From assembly GCA_012295275.1 (NCBI GenBank), contig CM022667.1, positions 12,896,001 to 12,960,000 on the forward strand: 64,000 nucleotides of DNA, given 5' to 3'. The position numbers and the translations under genes are program-made. Each line of letters starts with the position of its first letter. Position 1 is the stretch's first letter. Below the pieces are notes generated by a model. The model was not told the origin of the DNA and ran no database searches. It worked only from the letters and a program-made list of their open reading frames with translations. Shown piece by piece: positions 22,456 to 35,242 of this stretch. Source of the DNA: Chrysomallon squamiferum (Eukaryota; Animalia; Mollusca).

Positions 22456-24887
22456 AAGAGATAAATGCATCTCCAAGATATGTAAAATGGTAACATAATG
22501 ACAGAAGTAATGTCAGAAGAGTGAAAGCACACAATCTTCCATGCAGTGATATTAATTTGATAATGAAAAAAAAAAAAAAATTACAAATAAAATAAAACAA
22601 AATAATTGTGAATGAAAAATGTCTTGAATTTTTGTACAGAGGAAAATAGTCATGGAAGACAGTTTGTTATATTGCAGACAAATGGATCTACAAGATTTGT
22701 CATAATGGTAACAATTACAATACTCAGATCTGCATGGGCAAATCAGCAAGGAAGCTAAAAAGTAGTAATGTATCCATCACTGAATAATATGTTTTAGATA
22801 TAAACTATGTAAAAAGAGTTTTTGCCAAAATGTTCAAAAGAGATAAATGCATCTCCAAGATATGTAAAATGGTAACATAATGACAATATTCATAAAAACA
22901 CAAGTAATGTCAGAAGAGTGAAAGCACACAATCTTCCATGCAGTGATATTAATTTGAAAAAAAAAAAAAAAAATTACAAATAAAATAAAACAAAATAACT
23001 GTGAATGAAAAATGTCTTTGAATTTTTGTACAGAGGAAAATAGTCATGGAAGACAGCTTGTTATATTGCAGACAAATGGATCTACAAGATTTGTCATAAT
23101 GGTAACAATTACAATACTCAGATAGTCATATTTATCGAAAAGAAAGCTAAAAAGTAGTAATGTATCCATCACTGAATAATATGTTTTAGATATAAACTAT
23201 GTAAAAAGAGTTTTTGCCAAAATGTTCAAAAGAGATAAATGCATCTCCAAGATATGTAAAATGGTAACATAATGACAATATTCAGAAAAACACAAGTAAT
23301 GTCAGAAGAGAGGAAAGCACACACAATCTTCCATGCAGTGATATTAATTTGAAAACGAAAACAAAAAAAATTACAAATAAAACAAAACAAAATAATTGTG
23401 AATGAAAAATGTCTTGAATTTTTGTACAGAGGAAAATAGTCATGGAAGACAGCTTGTTATATTGCAGACAAATGGATCTACAAGATTTGTCATAATGGTA
23501 ACAATTACAATACTCAGATCTGCATGTGCAAATCAGCAAGGAAGCTAAAAAGTAGTGATGTATCCATCACTGAATAATATGTTTTAGATATAAACTATGT
23601 AAAAAGAGTTTTTGCCAAAATGTTCAAAAGAGATAAATGCATCTCCAAGATATGTAAAATGGTAACATAATGACAATATTCAGAAAAACACAAGTAATGT
23701 CAGAAGAGTGAAAGCACACAATCTTCCATGCAGTGATATTAATTTGAAAACGAAAAAACAAAAAAAATTACAAATAAAACAAAACAAAATAATTGTGAAT
23801 GAAAAATGTCTTGAATTTTTGTACAGAGGAAAACAGTCACGGAAGACAGCTTGTCATATTGCAGACAAATGGATCTACAAGATTTGTTATAATGGTAACA
23901 ATTACAATACTCAAATATCCACATTTTTATCGACAAGAAAGCTAAAAAGTAGTAATGTATTCATCACTGAACAATATGTTTTAGATATAAACTATGTAAA
24001 AAGAGTTTTTGCCAAAATGTTCAAAAGAGATAAATGCATCTCCAAGATATGTAAAATGGTAACATAATAACAATATTCAGGAAAACACAAGTAATGTCAG
24101 AAGAGAGGGAAAGTACACAATCTTCCATGCAGTGATATTAATTTGATAATGAAAACAAACAAAAATTACAAATAAAATAAAACAAAATAATTGCGAATGA
24201 ATAATGTCTTTGAATTTTTGTACAGAGGAAAATAGTCATGGAAGACAGTTTGTCATATTGCAGACAAATGGATCTACAAGATTTGTCATAATGGTAACAA
24301 TTACAATACTCAGATATGCACATGCCTAAGAGCGAAAAAGCTAAAAAGTAGTAATGTATTCATCACTAAATAATATGTTTTAGATATAAACTATGTAAAA
24401 AGAGTTTTTGCCAAAATGTTCAAAAGAGATAAATGCATCTCCAAGATATGTAAAATGGTAACATAATGACAATATTCAGAAAAACAAAAGTAATGTCAGA
24501 AGAGAGTGAAAGCACACAATCTTCCATGCAGTGATATTAATTTGATAACGAAAAAAATAATTACTAATAAAACAAAACAAAATAATTATGAATGAAAAAT
24601 GTCTGAATTTTTGTACAGAGGAAAATAGTCAGGGAAGACAGTTTGTCTTATTTGTCATAAAGGTAACAATTACAATACTCAGATATGCACATGCCTAAGA
24701 GCGAAGGAAGCTAAAAAGTAGTAATGCATCCATCACTGAACAATATGTTTTAGATATAAACTATGTAAAAAGAGTTTTTTCCAAAATGTTCAAAAGAGAT
24801 AAATGCATCTCCAAGATATGTAAAATGGTAACATAATGACAATATTCAGAAAAACACAAGTAATGTCAGAAGAGAGTGAAAGCACGC
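22456..24887 (+). repeat. Tandem array of ~370-400-bp units (6 full + 1 partial)
   Basis: AAAAGAGATAAATGCATCTCCAAGATATGTAAAATGG recurs at about 22456, 22836, 23228, 23626, 24023, 24422 and 24792. Confidence 0.95.
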
Positions 24888-27560
24888 AACGTTTTGAAAG
24901 AGGTAAATGGTTATGGAAAAAGATTTGTCATATCAAAGACAAATGCAATTCACCAAAAGAAACCTAGGACATGATCATGAAATAGAAGACTCATTTTGTA
25001 ATGAAATTGATAATTAGAACCAAAAAGAGAAGATAAAGAAATAGAATATCCAGGTACTTAGGACTGATTATGTATCTACAGACAAGCTAACAATCAGTTG
25101 GAAACAAATACTTTAAGAGATTTCCCTTGACACTTACAAAGAGATTGTGATCAGAATATTACATCTGCAATGCCATCCCCTTTGCTACCAACTATTACAA
25201 CTATTACTACATCAGTAGAAATGTATGCTGTAACCAGCTGGTATGTACAAAAGAAAACAACAAATCTTTGTCCTCCCTTCTATGTCAACCTTGACATCTT
25301 CTTCAGATTTATTGAAAATAATGAACAACTGTCATTCCACCACTTTTGACATGAGCCTATTTCCCAGAAACAGAGAACTATATGGCAAAAATGAATCTCA
25401 TTTTACAAGTAAAATAAAATAAAAAATGAAATGGTTAAATGAAGTGATTTTCAAAATGTTCCTAATGTAAGTGAATAAGCGTTTGTTTATATATATCATC
25501 TTCAAAAAATCTATTCCTAAGATAAATTATAATTATTATATTTATATAAAGTTGACATGATCTCTGAAGAAAACTGTAACTGCCAAAATTTTGCATTCTG
25601 TATTTACACAATACATACATAATGTAACAAAAAACAACAAATATGCTTTATTTCAAATTATCTGATTTGAAGCCTAAACACAATATACAACAACTTAATA
25701 AACTGTTTTTCTTTCCAGTTTAAGAAAAATAATTTAAATATAATATTTCTGTATTTGTCTCATTTTTAACTAAAAAAAACAATTTAAAAAGATTTTAAAT
25801 GTATTTACCCCCAAAAAGGAGATAATGATAACAACAACAACAAAAACTATAACATGATTCTTTTTACATTGACTATTTCTACAGTGCTCGTATTAGTAAT
25901 CTCTCTCTCTCTTTCAGAGAAATATACTCTTCCTCATACTATTGATCTCTTACACATCTGGAATATTACAATATATTCTGATCATGATCAAGAAATCGAA
26001 GAGGTAGAAATAACTTTGTTGTTTTCATCAAATAATCATGTTAAATAGGTTAGTCTAAGTTTTATTTTGTAACTAAAATCATAACTGCTTCACGATCTTT
26101 GTTTTCACCACAGATGGAATATTGTAATCAATAATACATTTAATCACAAAAAGGTAAAAAAAAAATTATAATTTATTTCACGAAACAAATGTAAAATCAA
26201 ATATTTGTCAGTTAACAGATATGATTAATAGACAGAAGATTATTACTGTATTATTTTTATAACTTGTCTTTATTTTAAAACTTTCTCTACATAATGAGTA
26301 TTTTACTTATTTAGATACTTATTAATCTACCATTTATTTACATTGCAGAATCAACGCTGTTGGAATGAAACGATTTAAGATATTTCAATTCATAGCAACA
26401 AGAGACTGTGGATAATAAAACTATGATTAAATTGTACAAACTATGATGAGGTGAATAGAAACAGACAGTTACGAGTTAAGTATGCGTAATACCTTGTACA
26501 ATACCTATACTTTCACTGCAAAGAAAACAGGGAGTTTGTTGCTGTCTTATATCTTCAAATAATGTACAACTCTGCCATTCTAAACACTTATTACATGAAA
26601 CCAGATCACATATGTTTCCTAGTAAGAGAAAACCACAGAGCAACAATGATTCTATTTAAGGATATAAATAATGTGCCCTGTTTAACAAAAGTGAAAAAAA
26701 AATCTTAAATCAATATTTAAATGAGTTAAACTTACAGTAACATGGACCAATAAGGCATACAGCATCACACACTGGAAAATAGCCTTTCATGTGAGCTATT
26801 TAAGTACGAAACATGCCAGAATAAGAGTAAAAAAAAAAAAAAAATAAAACATTTTACAAATATTTGAATGTGAAGAATTTGTCATAATATATGTAAATAA
26901 GAACATTTCCCTAATAACTGAATTAAGTGTCATCTTTGTTAATGCTTTTTTGTAACCTAAATTATAACTGCTGCAGTTATCTGAAGTTATTGCCATGATT
27001 TCTGAAGAAAAATATAATATAAAGATGTATATTTATATAATATAACAAAAGCATCAAAAATACTTTCTTTTAGGAATTTTAAAAATGCAGTTTTTCTACA
27101 TTTATTTTGATTTCCATTTTTTTGCATGTAATTTTTTTAATAACTTTCAGATGTATGACAGTATCTTTTTTCCTTTACATTAGAAAAATAATGATAATAG
27201 AATAAAATTTAAAATGCAGTTTAGTTTTCTGTAACCATATAATATATATATATGTATATAGATAAAAGTTGGCTACTTCTAATTCTGATTAAAAAATAAA
27301 TAAATAATGAAAATAGTAATACTAAGGATTAGATCTTGCTCATGAAGTTTATATTTCTGTTCTAATTAAAAAAAAAGTTTTCCTTTAAAGTATTTTTTAT
27401 TCTTTTGTATTATTATTATTTAAATTAAATGCAATTATTTATTTTTCTTAATGCAGTGTAATAATTTTAAAATAACTTAAAAATTAAAATAGGAAGGAAA
27501 TTTCTACTATTTAAATTTCTAAATTATTAAAATCAGATATTTATAGAATTTTACCAGCCG

Positions 27561-27598
<38 letters not shown>

Positions 27599-28828
27599 AA
27601 TTTTATAATTTAAATATATTTTATCCACATCATGACTGTCATACTATGTGTATGTATATGAAAATGCATGTGCATGGAGATAATTTATATAAAAAAATAA
27701 AAATGTTTTTTTTTTTTTAATGATATTGTTATAAACGAAAAACCCCACATCATCTCATTTTATCAATTAGCAACACGTCTCTTATATACACCTACTCATA
27801 GACAGCATATGTCTTCTTTACACAGAAAGAACTGGAAGATATCAAATGGTGCATAAAGATGACTCATCTGTCAGTAGAAAAAGCCTCAAGTTAGGTACTA
27901 AAACAATGATGCATGTTACATCTTGCAGAAAGTGATGTAATTACAAAATATTTCACTGATGAGTGTAGTCTCTGTTAAGTCGTTTCAGTCACCTGGTGGG
28001 TTTTATGATTCTGAATGTTTCAATGTTTTTCGTCCTTGCTTCTTCAGTAATACAACTTGAGATAGTCTGTTTTAATTATACATAACTGTTTGTCCTGAAG
28101 TGAAAAAAAACAACAAAAAAAAACAAACAAAACAATTAATACATATAAAAATATTATGTATGAAGTGCATTTAATAATAAAAGTTTCAAAAAATAAAATA
28201 AAATAACAAAGGAAAAGAAACAACTATTGCTTTAACAACTGTTAGTCAGTATTTTGTAATTATTTCCTGGCTCTGTTCATTATGGTGAAGGTTATATTAA
28301 ATTTATCCTAAAAGAATTTGGTAAAAAACTATTTTATTTTTATATAATATTTAGGTATGTGATAAAAGTTATAAAAAATAATAAGTACATAAAAGTCTCC
28401 AGAATAAAACTACCATATTTATGATTGTAACTTGAAAAAAAAAACAGTAATGGGAATTTTTTGGTTCTGAAAATAATGGGAATTTTTTCTCCCTTTTTAC
28501 AAGCTTTATTGAATAAATTCTGTGGGCTAAGTTCATTAAATTCTAATATGCCCCTTTAAAAGCAGAATAACTGTCAAATTTGGAGAAAATATCAAGTTCA
28601 AAAGAAAAAGAAAAAGGTAGACTATATAAAACGCACAAATCTATTAACAGAATACATTAATAATATGGAGGACGAGAAACAAAATTGTTTAAAATATAAT
28701 AGTTACAAGATTTTCTGAAAGGACGCCTCTTCTGAAGTATATGAATTTCGCGTGATAGAGAATATATTTATTTATCTGTTCATATTCAGAAATATTATGA
28801 AACTCCATGTAATCACACCAATGGAAAT

Positions 28829-28867
<39 letters not shown>

Positions 28868-29053
28868 ATGAAGTATAAAGAACTAAAATAAAAATTATAA
28901 TAAATAAATATAGAAATAAATAAATACCCAATCAAATGGTGACGTGTCAGGCGGCCATAATGGTTTCTTGCACATCGACAAATCAGCCTTTACAAAACTC
29001 GGATAATCGCGAACAATGCGATTTGATCACGTACCTCTCAAATAAAATAAATA

Positions 29054-29093
<40 letters not shown>

Positions 29094-29282
29094 TAAAAAT
29101 AAAAAAGAAGAAAAAGAATTATTATAATATTAATTATTAATTTAATCATATAAATGTGTCCGAATTAACAATACTTACTTATTTATTTCAATTTCTATGA
29201 CACCCTGAATTTTGTATCTGTTAGAAACTGCCTTGTTCATCTTATTTTTAAAAAATGTTAAAAAATGTTTAAATTTATTTAT

Positions 29283-29855
29283 CTTTTTAACGTTGCCTCA
29301 ACATTCAGCGCCGATCCAGTCAAATGACGTAGAGCGCAACATTTTCTTATGCGAACCGAAATTAATAGCGCGGGAAACTTATTTTTCTGTTTCTCCATAT
29401 TTGCTATAAAGTAATCAATCAATCAATCAATAAAAAAAAAAATAATAATAAATAAAAATAATATAAAAATTAAATTAAATTAACAGAAATATTTCTCTTA
29501 CATCTAACGACAAGCGTTTCCTTATTATTTGTCCTTACAAGTAAAATAGTATTGTAAAATTTTATCTGCAAAAATGTCTCTGAATAAACAACACTACCTC
29601 ACAGTTATCTCAGTGATACATTCCCTGTTCATCCCATTTTTAATATCTGAACCTTTCATAATATACGTTAACATTTCTAAAATTATTATAATTTTTTAAA
29701 TATTGCATCAACGTTCAACGCAAAATTTCAAAAGTAGTCTTCGCCGGAAGTACAGGTGCGCCAAAATGACGTGGACCATAACATGTTCTTCCGCGAACCG
29801 AACTTAGTAACGCGGGAAATTTATTTTCGCGTTTTTCTCTCTATTTGCAATAAAG
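29283..29855. promoter_or_regulatory. Duplicated CpG-rich promoter-like module: CRE half-site plus E2F site, with an ETS site in copy 2
   Basis: AAATGACGT...GCGAACCGAA...CGCGGGAAA occurs at ~29320-29378 and ~29764-29819; CCGGAAGT at ~29744. Function is inferred from motifs only. Confidence 0.45.
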
Positions 29856-30449
29856 AAATGATTAACCATCTTCTTATAAACTCTAAACCTTGATCGAATA
29901 CATCAATCGTTCTAATTTTACCATTTTCACTAAATTCTTACTGATATTGTTCATCCATTCAATACGAAATCCTGGCGTCGATGTGGAACAAATCGACAAT
30001 TTGGGTTCACTCCAGAGTTTTACCAAGCTTTTCCGTAGCATTCGTTAGTAAATTTTACCATTTTTCCTTTTCCAAAATGTGCGTCATCCTACTCGCCAAA
30101 TGTTGTAACAGCTACAAAGGATAACAATTTATTTAAAACTGTATTAATACGCGAATTTTCTATAGATCGTAGAACGGAATGAGCGTTCGAACCAGACAGG
30201 ACACATTATTTACATCTATTATACAGTATTGTTTTGTCTAAATAAATAAATAAACAATGTATTATGATAATAAGCCTTAAAAGTGGTTTACTGATTTTAT
30301 TTCAAAATATATGTAAATAGTTAAAAAAATAACGGACTTGAAATATTTAATACTTTCTTCACTGTTGACTGCTGAATAATGGCGTAAGGAGAAAATATGT
30401 AAATTAATATATAAATAAATAACACAAGTCAATTTAATAATAATAATAA

Positions 30450-30480
<31 letters not shown>

Positions 30481-31116
30481 AAATACAATTTAAAAGAAAA
30501 GAAGATGTTTTCTTTCAAAAATAGGATTAATCGTTCTTCGTTAGATCTTTTCAACATCAGGTTTGTCAGGTTTATTAGGCTGTCGTGTTACACAGTTTCA
30601 GATGATAATTCACCGTTACCGCCATGAGTCGTTATGAAGGCATCCTCACTAGTACAAGCAGAGCAAAATGCTTACCACATTTGCCTTTCTCATTTATGAA
30701 GAATTAGCAAACCCTTTCGTGTTTGTTGCATCTTCTAATGTCGTGCCAGTTTTGTGCTTTTATATCTTTGAAGATGATTAGTGTGTGATTTGTGTGTAAA
30801 TTTGTCTCGCCTCATTCTCTCATTGTTAGACATAAAGACACATGCAACACACTTCCAATATCACAAACGAAACCCGATTTTCATGTTATTATAATTCTGA
30901 CTCCTCTGTGTAAACCTGATACCATAATGGTTGACACTGCATTTCATTTTATGTTGTATAACGATAACAACTCACGCAACGAACTATCCACAGGGATGTT
31001 TTTCAATAAAAACATATAGTGGCTATGTGTCAAAGGTCAGAGGTAAATAAAAATAATAATAATAATAATAATAACAATAACAAGTAAATAAATAAATTGA
31101 ATGAAAATTTATTAAC

Positions 31117-31640
31117 AATTTATTCAAACAGCCATTGGTTATATTATTATTATTATTATTATTATTGTTCAAAACGTTAAAAAAAAAAAATAATAAAAAA
31201 AAAATAACATAGCACCAAATGGTCAGAAAAAGCCAACACACGGATTCTTTTTATCGATAAACTGCAAAAATGTCCGATATTTAATACTGATTTAATACCC
31301 AAAGTGGCACAGATATATTACACAGGTAATTAGGTAGAAATAAATTTACAAAATGAAATTTCGAAAACGATACTTCACTCTAACGTTCCTCTATTAACAA
31401 TGTCAACAACAACAAAAACTATTTTCAAATTATAAATAATTTATACAGGACTACGGAAAGTTATGAATAATTTATTCAATTACCCATTAGTTATATTATA
31501 ATTCAACCTCTATGTTTTTTTAAATACATAGCACCTAAACGACAAAATAAGCTAACAGAAGGAAAAATTTATTTGATCTATAAATAGCAATGGTGGCTAT
31601 TTAATACTGATTCATATACGTCACACAACTGAAATATTAG
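31117..31640. repeat. Diverged direct duplication (~350-bp offset) downstream of the RING gene
   Basis: AATTTATTCAA...CCATTRGTTATATTAT...ACATAGCACC...TATTTAATACTGATT is present at ~31117-31293 and ~31469-31612. Confidence 0.7.
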
Positions 31641-32415
31641 AACTAGCAATACTGTCAGACGATGGAAAATTGTACAGAATAATCGTCCTTGGTGAAAAGT
31701 TCAGTGCGTAAATTATACAGACCAAGTCATTACATCCGACAATCATACACATCTTGTCAGTTGTAGTTATTCGGATTTCTCTCGTGTTTTTTCAGAGTCA
31801 GATATTGCTCACTGATTTAATCCTTTGCACAAAGAATCGTCTGCTTAAATGCAAACTGAATACTGTTTGAGAAAAGTTTAGTTCGGTGATGGAGAATTTA
31901 AGGGACATATCAGAGTAGCACAGAATGTATATATATATAAGGAGAAAGATTGGTAGTTAATATTATTACTATTATATTTTTATTTCTCCATTTTCGTTAT
32001 TAACCTTATAAGCAGTAGTTTTTGAGGAGAGAGAATCTACAAGTAGCTGTACAAACTGAACTTATCGATTTAAAAAAGAACGCCATTTATAATCATCATT
32101 ATTATATGAAGCATTACTGAACAAAATATCTATAATTTCACACAGTGGCCATTTTAAGGCATTAAAGGAATGTTAATGATCACATCATTTCATTAATTTT
32201 CTGTAAGAGGAAAAGTATTATGAGAAATAAATCTACTGACACAACCACGAATGTTTAGTTTATATTTAGTCATTTGAGGAAATATTTTAGCTCAATATTA
32301 ATCATCTTTAAGATGACAGCAAGGAAGGAGGTTATCTATCTCGAACATGAAATACATATCCATCAAGTAATCAGAATGCATGACGTAATTATAAAAGAAC
32401 GTAACACAGACGTCT

Positions 32416-33258
32416 TCATATAGTAGTTTCTTTTTCTTCTCGATGAACAGCATGTGCACAGTGTCTGCATTTCGGCTGTCTTTTCGAAGTTTCTTGTTCC
32501 TTTTCTATCCTCTCCAGAACCTCCAACAATTCTGTCCTTTCTATCTGCATTCGTTCTAGATCCTGCCTCCTCTGGAGTTCCAGATCCATCAACAGTTTCA
32601 CCTTCTGATTTATTTTCGTCAGTTCCGTTCTCAACTCTTGCAGACTGCTCTGCATGGCTGCCTCTCTCTGGACCATGTGTCCACGCTGCATGTCCAGCCT
32701 GACCTCCATTTCTCGCCGCTGGTCGTCCAGTTTGCAGATCATCTCTGCTCGGAGAATCTCGATAGAACTTCTCAGTTCAGCGATGCAGTTGTGTTCCTTG
32801 TCGTCAGCGCTAGACAGACGTAGTCCACAACCTTTAGGACATTCTTTCGAGCCACTGCCACAGTTTTCCAAATGTTCGTCCATTTTGTTTCTGGGCACTG
32901 ACCGGTGACAGCTGGCGTTTGGACACCGAATCAATTCAAACGGACAGTCTCCTCTGTGCGATGCTTCGAATTCCAAGTTACAAACGTGAGTGCAGCCTTG
33001 TCTGAAATTCCGGCACCTGATTGAAAGACGTTGCAAGTCGTTTTTCATGTATCTGAAGATCGGTTTCAGGTCTGACGGGAAAAGCGGTTTTCTGTCTTCG
33101 GGACAGGAGCACTCGTTGGCCAGCCAGCTGTTGATGCAAGCTGAGCAGAAGGCGTGCTCACACGGAGCCTGCAGAGGTGATTCGAGGACGTCGCGACAGA
33201 TGCAGCAAAGAAGTCCGTCGTTCACTGTTGCTGTAAAACGTTCCACGTCATAGCCCAT
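32416..33258 (-). CDS. RING finger E3 ubiquitin ligase, RNF151/NRDP1(RNF41)-like: RING-HC + TRAF-type zinc fingers + coiled coil, 280 aa, single coding exon
   Basis: MGYDVERF...CCICRDVLESPLQAPCEHAFCSACINSWL...CPEDR, TRAF-type CPKGCG...EHNC, then heptad-rich helix. The track's TTG start at 33312 lies in the intron (acceptor TTCTCCAG|G at 33302/33301); the true ATG is at 33258. Confidence 0.93.
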   Translation of the reverse strand: MGYDVERFTATVNDGLLCCICRDVLESPLQAPCEHAFCSACINSWLANECSCPEDRKPLFPSDLKPIFRYMKNDLQRLSIRCRNFRQGCTHVCNLEFEASHRGDCPFELIRCPNASCHRSVPRNKMDEHLENCGSGSKECPKGCGLRLSSADDKEHNCIAELRSSIEILRAEMICKLDDQRREMEVRLDMQRGHMVQREAAMQSSLQELRTELTKINQKVKLLMDLELQRRQDLERMQIERTELLEVLERIEKEQETSKRQPKCRHCAHAVHREEKETTI

Positions 33259-33864
33259 GTCCGTCCAGAAATCGACTGATGATGTCTGCGAAGCGTTAGA
33301 CCTGGAGAACAAAATTATTCATTCAGATAATTAGGTCATTATTATCAATAATTTATGTTTCTTACAACAAAAAAAAAATAATAATAATAATAATAAATAA
33401 ATAATAAATAAATAAATAAAAAACACAAAAAACACAACAACAACAACAAAACAAAAAACATACACTCATTAATACGTACACATAAAAACACATACATACA
33501 CCCACACACACACATAGATATATAACTAACTAACTAATTAACTAAATAAATAAATGTTTTTGCTGTACTTGTACTTACAACACTAGAATAAAACTATATA
33601 TTTTTCAATGTGGTTTACTCTAACTATATTTGAATTTCAGTCTGGTTACACTAGTTTACTTTAGAACAAAACTTTTATTCAGAAACCCGCTGTTTGGACG
33701 TCTCGACCCATGACGTTAAGGTTATTTGTACACGCGAATTTCAACATAGAAATTCTTTGTCCGAGACATTCAGCTCACCCCACCAAAGGAAGTTATAGAT
33801 TTACAGTGGAAAAGTATTGAATTTCAAAATGTTGTCTATTTATAATATTATTATCATGAAATTC

Positions 33865-33930
<66 letters not shown>

Positions 33931-34894
33931 TAATAAATAAATAGCTAAATATATAAATAAATAAATAAATAAATAAATAAATACTACTACAATGTTAAGA
34001 TTTATCATAAAATCACCAGTACTATTACTGCACCAAAAGTACGCTGTTTCCAATTTCTATTATCAACAGAGGATTATCAACATGACCCATGTTAGTTATT
34101 AATTAAAATAGCATACATGATAAAACATACCAAAATGATAAAAGGAAATATTACTTCTATCGAAATTACATTCGGACAAAAGATTTCCCCTCACTCATTC
34201 ATTTTATCGCGGATCATGTGAAAACGGAAATAATAAGATTGTAAGTCCTGAATATAGATGTACATTAAAGGGAGTCACTCGCCACAGTTAAACGGAAATA
34301 TTCAACACATTACATTTGCTACTGTATTCCAAATTTAAGTGTTTAATTTGTTTTCACAAAGCCAAATCTTTACATAAAAATAAAACATGATGTAATATAT
34401 ATACAGTTAGTCATAAATAAACATATGTTACTACAGCTTATAATAACTATGTATATTTATAGTATAATGTAGATGATGACGATAATAATAACAGTGTTAG
34501 AGGTTACGATTATCATAATAATAATAATAATGATGATGAAAGATGAGAACAACAACAACAACAATAACAACGACAACAACATCAACAACAACAATAAGAA
34601 TATCCTCTTATTTCAAATCTGTAATATTCTCTTACCGCTTTCCATGTTATTTTTGTAATAGAATCCTCTCACTTTTAATCCTTGAAAAACCGTTACTTTA
34701 CTCTGTTTTGCAACGTAACAACCTTACAGCAGCATGTACTTGCTATAATAATTATTATTACAGCCGTCGCTTTGGTCTGTGTGTGTCTGACGTAGGCGAC
34801 AGCATGGTGGCTTTGTTAGCAAGAGCTTATTTTCAAAAACAAGATTGCTTACAAGCCGAAATATTTCAATAGAGAATAATTAACAAATACTGAC

Positions 34895-35100
34895 CTAAGT
34901 GGAATATAAGCTGTATATCACAGGTTTCTTGGTCAGTCGGGTCATGTTTGCATTTGGGATTACCGTATCTAAACACCTACCTACTTACCTGGAATGTCAC
35001 ACCCCTTTTTATACTTTTTCTGACTTGTATGTACGGTTCAGTTAATGTTACTAATCTTAAAGCTGAAAGATCAGCAAATTCACAGCTTGCATAACGGTGG
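34895..35100 (-). other. Probable non-coding 5' exon(s) of the RING gene
   Basis: Minus-strand donors CAG|GTAAGT (exon end 34989) and TAG|GTCAGT (exon end 34895) lie upstream of the acceptor at 33301; the 5' limit is unknown. Confidence 0.4.
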
Positions 35101-35178
35101 GATTTTAGAGAAATTGCTTTAGGGATGTTATGAGAAAAGTTATTTAAAAGTTATAGGTAAATTAGGTGAAATATTTAC

Positions 35179-35242
<64 letters not shown>

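Noticed and set aside
29880-30990. Coding-like minus-strand fragments (e.g. MKCSVNHYGIRFTQRS, weakly zinc-finger-like)
   Set aside because: Multiple stops and missing Cys/His ligands; cannot be supported without a homology search.
32454-33253. Four + strand ORFs overlapping the RING gene
   Set aside because: Antisense shadows of a GC-richer coding exon.
33259-33312. N-terminal extension MFSRSNASQ... of the RING ORF
   Set aside because: It starts at a TTG inside the intron. Both candidate upstream exons have an in-frame stop, and the family starts at MGYD.
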